7,405 bases of DNA from Candidatus Methylomirabilis limnetica (lineage in GTDB: Bacteria; Methylomirabilota; Methylomirabilia; Methylomirabilales; Methylomirabilaceae): contig NZ_NVQC01000014.1 of NCBI RefSeq assembly GCF_003044035.1, positions 1 through 7,405 of the forward strand, given 5' to 3'. Under the pieces are notes generated by a model that searched no databases, was not told the DNA's origin, and saw only the letters and a program-made list of their open reading frames with translations. This document shows positions 1 through 5,856 of this stretch, one piece after another (position 1 is the first letter of the stretch; every line of letters begins with the position of its first letter). A program made the position numbers and the translations under genes.

Positions 1-541
1 AGGCTCGGGTGTGGCCATCGAAGAACATCTCCTGTCGCTCGTACGGATAGGCCCGCACAAAGGGCATGCCCGAATAGCGCGATCGCATACAGAAGAGCTT
101 GACCTGCCGCTCCTCTCCTGCCATGCGGACCCAGGCAGCTCCCCAGTCGACTTCCGCCTCCTGCGCGAGCTCCGGGTCTAAGGGGATGACCGCTGTGACT
201 GTCGGCCATCCCAGCCGAGCCTTCTGCTCCCGCACCCATCGTCTAACTGTCGACTCCGCACCCGGAAAGGCATACTCTTCGACCAGTCGGGTCCAGATCC
301 GGTGCGCCGTGTGGCGATGCTTCTTGGGGGTCTCCTGATCCGTGCGGAGCCAGCCCTCGATGATGGCGGCGACCGAGTCCATCACCCGGGAGGCCGGTTC
401 GTGCCTCCTCCGGTACTTAGGCTCCCAGCCAGCTAGAACCTTGCGGATCGTTTTGCGTGTATGCCCAGTCTCCCGCGCGATCTGACGAATACTCTTCTGA
501 TACACCCGAGCGGCCGTCCTGATGAGCTCGTACTGATCCAT
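1..541 (-). CDS. istA: IS21-family transposase IstA, N-terminal ~180 aa (remainder lies beyond the left edge)
   Basis: Hand translation of the reverse complement from ATG (541..539) has no stop down to position 1. It reads MDQYELIRTAARVYQKSIRQIARETGHTRKTIRKVLAGWEPKYRRRHEPASRVMDSVAAIIEGWLRTDQETPKKHRHTAHRIWTRLVEEYAFPGAESTVRRWVREQKARLGWPTVTAVIPLDPELAQEAEVDWGAAWVRMAGEERQVKLFCMRSRYSGMPFVRAYPYERQEMFFDGHTRA. The N-terminal HTH, the 'HRHTA.RIW..L.EE..F.G..STV.R.V' block and the start of the catalytic core (EVDWG...) match the IS21 IstA pattern as I know it. It is missing from the ORF track only because it is open at the window edge. Confidence 0.85.
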   Translation of the reverse strand, partial: MDQYELIRTAARVYQKSIRQIARETGHTRKTIRKVLAGWEPKYRRRHEPASRVMDSVAAIIEGWLRTDQETPKKHRHTAHRIWTRLVEEYAFPGAESTVRRWVREQKARLGWPTVTAVIPLDPELAQEAEVDWGAAWVRMAGEERQVKLFCMRSRYSGMPFVRAYPYERQEMFFDGHTRA

Positions 542-613
542 CCCTAGCACTCCTCTCCCTCCCTGTCTCTGGTGTGGTCTTGCTCGAACACACGAGAAAC
601 AGCGAGCGTATCA

Positions 614-662
614 GAGTGGGCTCCTTTTGCTCGATCATTGCCGTGTTAGGTGGGTCCCTTTT
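614..662. repeat. Two copies of a ~15-nt direct repeat in the IS21 subterminal region (GAGTGGGCTCCTTTT 614-628; AGGTGGGTCCCTTTT 648-662)
   Basis: 11 of 15 positions are identical, with a shared core GTGGG-YC-CTTTT. IS21-family ends are known to carry multiple subterminal repeats that serve as transposase binding sites. Confidence 0.4.
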
Positions 663-738
663 ACTCTAGCGAAATCAGAAGGCTGTTACACGTGGCCTCG
701 AAGAGCGCCCCACATTGAAAAAGACAGGCAATGTGTGG

Positions 739-1404
739 ATGAACGAGTTGCCCTTTACTTGGGAGTTGGTGAGCCTCAAACGAGTGTCAGAAATTCAGGG
801 CGGACTAACACTCGGCAAGGTATACGAAGGCCCACTCATCGAGCGGCCATATTTACGAGTTGCCAATGTCCAAGACGGGCACCTCAACCTGCAAGATGTA
901 ACAACCATTGAGGTGCCGGAGGAAGTCGCGCATCGTGTGGAGCTCCGCCCTGGGGACGTTCTGATGACCGAAGGTGGTGATCTTGACAAGCTTGGCAGGG
1001 GAACAGTTTGGAGCGGAGAGATCCCTAACTGCCTGCACCAGAACCACATCTTTGCAATCCGCTGCTTCAAGCATAAGCTGCTGTCGGCCTTTCTTGCCTA
1101 CCTGACTGCATCCCGATTCGGTCGCGATTATTTCGAGGCCACTGGAAAGCGAACAACCAACTTGGCTAGCACCAATTCGACAAAGGTCGGCCTGTTCCCA
1201 ATCCCGCGACCGTCAATTGAGGAGCAACGCGCGATTTGCAAATATCTCGACAATAAGCTCAATGACGTTACTCAGATCGTGAATGGCATTGAAGGCCAAA
1301 TTGCCACCCTCACTGCCTATCGCAAGTCGCTAATTCACGAATGCGTCACCGGCCAGCGGCGGATCGTGGAGGCGGACATCAACCGGGTCAAAACCCATGG
1401 CTAA
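739..1404 (+). CDS. hsdS: Type I restriction-modification specificity subunit HsdS, 5'-truncated: one target-recognition domain plus the C-terminal conserved helix (probable remnant or half-size S)
   Basis: The C-terminal LTAYRKSLIHECVTGQRRI is the conserved distal HsdS helix, and the TRD-like body includes YLRVANVQDG, GDVLMTEGGDLDKLGR and NHIFAIR. The frame is open from 670 upstream of any start codon and encodes RNQKAVTRGLEERPTLKKTGNVWMNELPFTWE. This looks like the central conserved region of a full-length two-TRD HsdS (AVTRGL....K.G..W...P..WE), so the gene is missing TRD1. Possible starts are TTG 715 (ORF track) or ATG 739. The stop TAA at 1402-1404 overlaps the hsdR ATG at 1397. Confidence 0.8.
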   Translation: MNELPFTWELVSLKRVSEIQGGLTLGKVYEGPLIERPYLRVANVQDGHLNLQDVTTIEVPEEVAHRVELRPGDVLMTEGGDLDKLGRGTVWSGEIPNCLHQNHIFAIRCFKHKLLSAFLAYLTASRFGRDYFEATGKRTTNLASTNSTKVGLFPIPRPSIEEQRAICKYLDNKLNDVTQIVNGIEGQIATLTAYRKSLIHECVTGQRRIVEADINRVKTHG

Positions 1405-4318
1405 GAAGAAGAAAGCCCTGGAGCTGACGTTTCAGCAGCACATTGCGGATTACCTCATCCGCGAGCACAAATATGGCGTGCTGGAGCAGTCCGACATCAC
1501 GGACAACGAGCACTTCATCGCGGAAGACCAGCTCTGGGCCTTCCTGAAAGCCAGTCAGGCTGACCAGCTGAAGAAGCTGGTGGACGATTACGGCACGGAC
1601 GCGCGGGAGGAAGTCTTCAAGGCACTGCGCAAGGAACTGGAGTACACGCCGCTATGGATGCTGTTCCGGCAGGGACTCAAAGTGCGCGGGCTGGAGTTCC
1701 GGCTCTTCTATCCCAAGCCGCGCTCCGCCGCGAGCGCCGCCGCTGCCAAGTATGCGGAGAACCGCATCACCTTCCGCCCCCACTTCTACTTCAGCGACGC
1801 GAATCACGAGATTGACTTCGTCTTCTACCTCAACGGCTTGCCCATCGTGGCGCTGGAGCTGAAGCACGAGGCCAACCAGAACGTCGAGCACGCCGTGGCG
1901 CAGTTTGTGGCCCGCGATCACACACATAAGATTTTCCAGCATCCCTTCCTCTATTTGGCTGTGGACACCTCGGAGGTGAAGGCTGCCACCGACCCGCACC
2001 GAGAGGAGAACTTCCGCTGGCACAACATGGGGCTGACCAACACGGCCACGAATGCCGCCGAGTACCCGGTCGAGTTCCTCTATCGCGAGGTGCTGTCGCA
2101 GGGGCAATTGCTGGAGGCGCTGTCGTTCTTCCTCGTCCGCGTGCCCGAGCGTGAAGCCGAGGACGACAAACCGGCGCGTCCGGCCTCCACGATCTTTCCG
2201 CGGTATCACCAAAGCCGACTGGTGCGGCGGGTGGCGGAGGACATCACGGCCCACTTCGCCACGGCGGGCGACATCGGCAAAAAGTATCTGGCCGACCATT
2301 CCGCCGGCAGCGGCAAGACGCTCTCCATCTGCTGGCTGGCCGACCGGTTGCACAGCCTCTTCAGGCCTGACACGAACGAGAAGCTGGTGGACATCACCTT
2401 CATCCTCACCGACCGCAAATCGCTCGACACGAACATCCGCGAGGACATCGACAAGTTCACCCACCTCAAGGATGTGGTGGGCATCGCGAAAAAAGCCGAC
2501 GACCTGCCGCGCTTCCTCAAGGAACGGAAATCGATCATTGTCACCACGCAGCAGAAGTTTGCCTGGGTGCTGGAGGAAATTCAGAAGAACCCGGAATTGA
2601 AGAAGCTGCGGGTGGCGTTCCTGATTGATGAAGCCCACCGCTCGCAGGAAGGCCAGATGGGCGCAGCCATCCGCCTGCCGTTCCGCAAGGAAGGCGAGCC
2701 GGACGAAGAAGCTCCCGATGAAGATCTCGAAGAGCAGATTGCCAAGGTCATCCGCGAGCACGACCTGAATCAGTTGTTCGTCGCCTTCACGGCCACACCG
2801 GCACCGGCCACCGTGTCGATGTTTGGCAAGCCGTTCGACAGCTACACCGAGGCGGAGGCCATCGCCGAGGGCTATATCGTGGACGTGGCGGCGAGCATTA
2901 TTTCCTACAAGACGCTCTATAACCTGCATTGCCCCATCGTCCCGCAGCCGGACGAGGAGAAGCTCTACCCCAAGGGCGTCGTGTCCAAGGCGCTCCAGAA
3001 CGTGGCGTTTCAGGACGACGGGCTGATCCAGTACAAGGCGGAGGTGATGCTGCGCATCTTCGAGAAGGATGTAAAGCCGCTCATCGGTGGACGTGCCAAG
3101 GCGATGATCGTCACCTCGTCCCGCGTGGCCGGGCTGCGGTATTTCAACATCATCAAGGAGAAGCTCAAGGAGCGCGGTGCCGACTACAAGGTGCTCTATG
3201 CGTTCTCTGATTTCGTTCATCCGGAGACGAACGAAGCAATCAGCGAATACGCCGTGAATGAGCTGCAGCCAGCCGAACTGATCGAGAACCGGTTCGAGGG
3301 CGACGACTACCGGATCATGGTCGTCGCGAACAAATTTCAGACCGGCTTCGACCAGCCCTTGCTCGCGGGAATGTTCCTCGACAAGCCGGTGCTGGATCGC
3401 AACGCCGTGCAGACGGTTTCGCGACTGAACCGCTGCTACCATGGCAAGAAGGATGTCGTAGTGGTCGACTTCACCAACAACGCGAAACAAATACTCAAAG
3501 CCTTTGCGAAGTATCGGAAGGGGACGCCGTTCGAGCCAGAGGAACCGGATCAAGAGACCTCCCCAAAGCTGCACACGGAGATTCTCGCTACGGGGGTCTT
3601 CACCCAGAAGGACGCCGCCGACGTGCTCGCGCTGCTCAGGAGCGGGACGGATGCGCAGGTGCAATTCCAGGTGAACGCCTTGCGGATGCGCTTTCAAGCG
3701 AAGCTCACCGGTTGGGAAGACCGCAAGGCGTTCGTCTATCTGCTGGCCCGCTTCGTGAAAAGTTTCCATTTCCTCGCCTGCTTCTTCACTTACTCGCCGC
3801 AGATTCAGGAGTTCGTCACCTTCGCTGAATGGGTCGGCCCGCAGCTCATCAAGGTCGGAACCGTATCCGACCTGATGAAGCAGATTCGCGCCACCGTGGT
3901 CACCAAGGTGGCGGTGCAGTATCAGGGCGTAACGACCAGCGGTGGCCCGGTGAAGCTACAGCCGGGCAAAGGAAAAGGCGGCGCAGGCCCGGTGCCAGTG
4001 AAGTCATCCGTGCAAGACATGATCGCGCAAATTCTCGCCAAACATCAAATCACCGACGAGGAAGCGCTCTACATCAAACAGGTGACGGAGGAGAAGATCG
4101 CCGACCCGGCCATCCGCACCACCGTCCAGGCGCACCGCGACGACCGCATGTATCTCGAAGGACCGTATCGCGGACAGGTCAACGGCGACATTCAGGAGAC
4201 CTACGATGCACGCGCGCGTTACGACGAACTCGCCGACCCGAAATACACCGACACCGGCGGCATCTTCGACATTATGGCCGTGACGGTTATTCAAACCCAT
4301 TTGTCCCTCGCTGCCTGA
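1397..4318 (+). CDS. hsdR: Type I restriction enzyme R subunit (HsdR), 973 aa
   Basis: N-terminal PD-(D/E)xK nuclease motif IDFVFYLNGLPIVALELKHE (D at ~1814, ELK at ~1856-1864). SF2 helicase motifs are present: Q-motif YHQSRLV, motif I HSAGSGKTLS (~2303-2320), motif II LIDEAHRSQ (~2621-2647), motif III FTATP, FQTGFDQPLL, and motif VI QTVSRLNR. The 8-nt overlap with hsdS (ATGGCTAA) suggests translational coupling. Confidence 0.88.
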   Translation: MAKKKKALELTFQQHIADYLIREHKYGVLEQSDITDNEHFIAEDQLWAFLKASQADQLKKLVDDYGTDAREEVFKALRKELEYTPLWMLFRQGLKVRGLEFRLFYPKPRSAASAAAAKYAENRITFRPHFYFSDANHEIDFVFYLNGLPIVALELKHEANQNVEHAVAQFVARDHTHKIFQHPFLYLAVDTSEVKAATDPHREENFRWHNMGLTNTATNAAEYPVEFLYREVLSQGQLLEALSFFLVRVPEREAEDDKPARPASTIFPRYHQSRLVRRVAEDITAHFATAGDIGKKYLADHSAGSGKTLSICWLADRLHSLFRPDTNEKLVDITFILTDRKSLDTNIREDIDKFTHLKDVVGIAKKADDLPRFLKERKSIIVTTQQKFAWVLEEIQKNPELKKLRVAFLIDEAHRSQEGQMGAAIRLPFRKEGEPDEEAPDEDLEEQIAKVIREHDLNQLFVAFTATPAPATVSMFGKPFDSYTEAEAIAEGYIVDVAASIISYKTLYNLHCPIVPQPDEEKLYPKGVVSKALQNVAFQDDGLIQYKAEVMLRIFEKDVKPLIGGRAKAMIVTSSRVAGLRYFNIIKEKLKERGADYKVLYAFSDFVHPETNEAISEYAVNELQPAELIENRFEGDDYRIMVVANKFQTGFDQPLLAGMFLDKPVLDRNAVQTVSRLNRCYHGKKDVVVVDFTNNAKQILKAFAKYRKGTPFEPEEPDQETSPKLHTEILATGVFTQKDAADVLALLRSGTDAQVQFQVNALRMRFQAKLTGWEDRKAFVYLLARFVKSFHFLACFFTYSPQIQEFVTFAEWVGPQLIKVGTVSDLMKQIRATVVTKVAVQYQGVTTSGGPVKLQPGKGKGGAGPVPVKSSVQDMIAQILAKHQITDEEALYIKQVTEEKIADPAIRTTVQAHRDDRMYLEGPYRGQVNGDIQETYDARARYDELADPKYTDTGGIFDIMAVTVIQTHLSLAA

Positions 4319-4322
4319 GGCC

Positions 4323-4985
4323 ATGAGCAAGACGATTCACGACATCCCCGAAGCCGACCGACCGCGCGAGAAGCTCCTGCGCAAAGGTGCGGCTGCACTG
4401 AGCGACCAGGAACTGCTTGCCGTGCTCCTCGGCAAAGGCACACCCGGTATGGACGTCATGACGCTGGCCTCCAAGCTGGCGCGACTCATTGACGAGAAGG
4501 GACTGGCCGTGAAGGCCGAGGATCTCTCGCAGTTTGCGGGCGTCGGTGACGCCAAGGCGACCTTGATCCTCGCGGCCATCGAGTTCGCCCGCCGCCGCAT
4601 CAAACCGGAAGGCGCGAAGATCGTGACCCCTGCCGACTTGCTGCCGCACGTCCGCCATTACGCCGACCGCAAGCAAGAGCATTTCCTATGCGCCAGCATC
4701 AACGGTGCCAACGAGATTCTGAACATCCGCGTGGTGTCCATTGGACTCATAGACCGCAGCCCCGTGCATCCGCGTGAAGTCTTCGCCGATGCCCTCTCCG
4801 ACCGCGCCTCCGCCGTCATCGTCGCCCACAATCACCCGAGCGGGGGGCTCGGACCATCGCCCAGCGACATCGCCATCACCGCACAACTCAAGGCGGCAGG
4901 TGCAGTCGTTGGCATTGAGTTGCTTGATCACATCATCTTCAACAGGACCGGATACTTCAGTTTTCTTGAAGAGGGCAAGCTGTAG
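4323..4985 (+). CDS. radC: RadC-family JAB/JAMM domain protein (UPF0758), 220 aa
   Basis: The N-terminal helix-hairpin-helix region has the typical LSDQELLAVLLGKG signature. The C-terminal JAMM motif is complete: E (HPREVF) ... HNHPSG (from ~4827) ... SPSD. The gene starts 4 nt after the hsdR TGA (4316-4318). Confidence 0.9.
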   Translation: MSKTIHDIPEADRPREKLLRKGAAALSDQELLAVLLGKGTPGMDVMTLASKLARLIDEKGLAVKAEDLSQFAGVGDAKATLILAAIEFARRRIKPEGAKIVTPADLLPHVRHYADRKQEHFLCASINGANEILNIRVVSIGLIDRSPVHPREVFADALSDRASAVIVAHNHPSGGLGPSPSDIAITAQLKAAGAVVGIELLDHIIFNRTGYFSFLEEGKL

Positions 4986-5017
4986 GGCGATCTGATGTCG
5001 CGCATATCAGCAGGGGC

Positions 5018-5072
5018 GCCTAACAACAGCATGCAGCTGACGGCGCTGCGCGCCGCAGCTGATGCTGGGCGT
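5018..5072 (+). repeat. Imperfect inverted repeat / long hairpin forming the 5' exon flank of the intron. It is attC-like once joined to 5815..5819, and could alternatively act as the radC terminator stem.
   Basis: GCCTAAC (5018-5024, fits RYYYAAC) is followed by spacer AAC. The stem is AGCAT(G)CAGCTG(A)CGGCGC (5028-5046), loop TGC, then GCGCCGCAGCTGATGCT (5050-5066). That gives 17 bp with two extrahelical bases, G5033 and A5040. Spacer GGGC follows, then GT (5071-5072). There is no downstream T-tract. Confidence 0.6.
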
Positions 5073-5740
5073 GTGTGCCGGGCATGGCACAGAACTGACG
5101 GGGTGCAAGTCCCCGTGCCAGGTTTAAGCAGAGCCGAAGGCTAGGAGAAGGGCAAGGGCGTCATCGTGAGGTGGGGTCCGAAGGAAGCCCAATCCAAAAG
5201 TGCGGGGCGACGAACAGGAACCGGATAGGGGGTGTGGTACGCTCGGGACGAGCGGGCACGTGACCGCGAAGTCCTCCATCTGCGATTGGGGCGTGCTTTA
5301 TAAATCCGGCGTCTACGCATGGAAAGCTCTGTGTCTTACCCCGGGAGGCCTGCACGGTGTCTACGGGAGTGATAGGGTATGCGCCTAGTGAGTCCTACGA
5401 ACGTGGAAACCCTGAAACAAGGTATGGCGAAACCTAAGTCACCCTGTTTGGACTGAGAGGGGAGCAATCCACTTTGACCGTCGTGCAGGAGTCAGCAGAG
5501 GGCATAGTAGGTACGAGGCAGGCGAGGCTAGTGAGGCACTCCAGAGCCGAAAGGCGGAGAAACAGATAGGCCAAGCCGCAACGTCTTGTACTGAAGGCCC
5601 GAACGGTTGAAAGGGTCAGTAAGCCCTGTGCCCAGTGTGCATAAAGCTGGCGGAAACGTCACTGCTCGAAAGAGCGATGTGCATGGTGGATAGAGGAGTC
5701 CGAACACCCGGTCGGCAGTCTTGCCGAAGTAATCAACCGA

Positions 5741-5774
5741 ACCGCCGTGGTACGTGATCCGTATGCCCGGTGGT
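5741..5774 (+). other. Group II intron domain V (34 nt) with CGC catalytic triad
   Basis: The sequence is ACCGCCGUGGUACGUGAUCCGUAUGCCCGGUGGU. The lower helix ACCGCCG.G pairs with C.CGGUGGU and includes the G.U wobble in the middle of CGC (5743-5745), as in IIC introns. The upper helix is (G)UACG/CGUA(U). The apical loop is not a canonical GNRA and the bulge is 1-2 nt, so the exact pairing needs computation. Confidence 0.75.
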
Positions 5775-5776
5775 GT

Positions 5777-5814
5777 GGGAGGGGGGAGGCCGTGAGGCCC
5801 CTCCCTATCCCGAT
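5777..5814 (+). other. Group II intron domain VI with GUGA tetraloop, bulged branch-point A5807, and 3' splice-site AU
   Basis: GGGAGGGGGGAGGCC (5777-5791), loop GUGA (5792-5795), then GGCCCCUCCCU-A-UCCC (5796-5811). A5807 is unpaired between A5780-U5806 and G5779.U5808. Seven nucleotides (UCCCGAU) follow it to the intron end at 5814, which is the canonical branch-site spacing. Confidence 0.75.
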
Positions 5815-5856
5815 TAGCCGCACTAATCATTTGTAAACACAAGGAAGGCGCCGCCA

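Larger units (their letters stand above)
1..677 (-). mobile_element. IS21-family insertion sequence, istA-proximal end; outer boundary approximate (somewhere in 665..690)
   Basis: istA starts at 541, and about 130 nt of non-coding leader carrying an iterated motif lies between it and the point where HsdS-like coding sequence begins (frame open from 670; the motif QKAVTRGL is encoded from 676). A terminal ...CA at 676-677 would give the usual 5'-TG end on the IS strand. An alternative end is TGT at 690-688. The boundary was not verified against an IS database. Confidence 0.65.
5073..5814 (+). ncRNA. Group II intron ribozyme, class C (IIC), ORF-less (no intron-encoded protein); ends +/- 2 nt
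   Basis: The 5' end is GUGUGCCGGGCAUGG (5073-5087), followed by hairpin CGGGG-UGCAAGU-CCCCG (5099-5115). Conserved-looking blocks are GAAGGAAGC (5180-5188), CUUACCCCGGGAGGCCUG (5335-5352) and GUCAGCAGAGGGCAUAGUA (5491-5509). Domain V spans 5741-5774 and domain VI spans 5777-5811, followed by terminal GAU (5812-5814). From memory, these blocks run in the same order as, and closely resemble, the Oceanobacillus iheyensis IIC intron (GUGUGCCCGGCAUGG..., CUUACCCGGGGAGGUCUG, GUCAGCAGAAGUCAUAGUA, GAACCGCCGU...CGGUGGUGUG). The RNA sits just 3' of a stem-loop, as IIC introns do. No plausible ORF lies inside it. Confidence 0.85.

Noticed and set aside
638-667. Possible outward-facing sigma70-like promoter in the IS21 end (TTGCCG, 18 nt spacer, TACTCT) that could drive hsdS'-hsdR-radC
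   Set aside because: The matches to both hexamers are weak (about 4/6 and 3/6), and such matches occur by chance. Transcript mapping would be needed before calling it.
99-1074. ORFs 99..338 +, 417..638 -, 627..911 +, 795..1070 -, 853..1074 -
   Set aside because: They overlap the hand-translated istA frame, the IS21 leader or the hsdS frame. Their translations show no motifs.
1720-1750. Alanine-rich low-complexity run (RSAASAAAAKY) in the HsdR N-terminal region
   Set aside because: It is short, in-frame and within a surface-linker-like position. This is ordinary GC-rich coding low complexity, not a repeat element.
1652-3769. A very long (705 aa) antisense ORF inside hsdR
   Set aside because: It lies entirely opposite a gene with clear HsdR motifs. 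Its translation is an R/L/G/V/H-rich low-information sequence with no recognisable motif. Long stop-free antisense frames are expected in GC-rich coding DNA.
2052-4330. Alternative-frame ORFs within hsdR (2052..2600 +, 2206..2547 -, 2823..3026 +, 2929..3210 +, 3829..4326 +, 4004..4330 -)
   Set aside because: All overlap the well-supported hsdR frame. Their translations are Arg/Pro/Ser-rich shadow-frame products with no motifs.
4287-4995. ORFs overlapping radC (4287..4682 -, 4337..4603 -, 4686..4931 -, 4774..4995 +)
   Set aside because: These are shadow frames of a gene with complete RadC/JAMM signatures and have no independent support.
4992-5010. Small hairpin CTGATGT...ATATCAG just after the radC stop, considered as an intrinsic terminator
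   Set aside because: The stem is only about 5-7 bp including a wobble pair, with no following T-tract. The much stronger 5028-5066 hairpin is the more likely structural element. I cannot support a terminator call.
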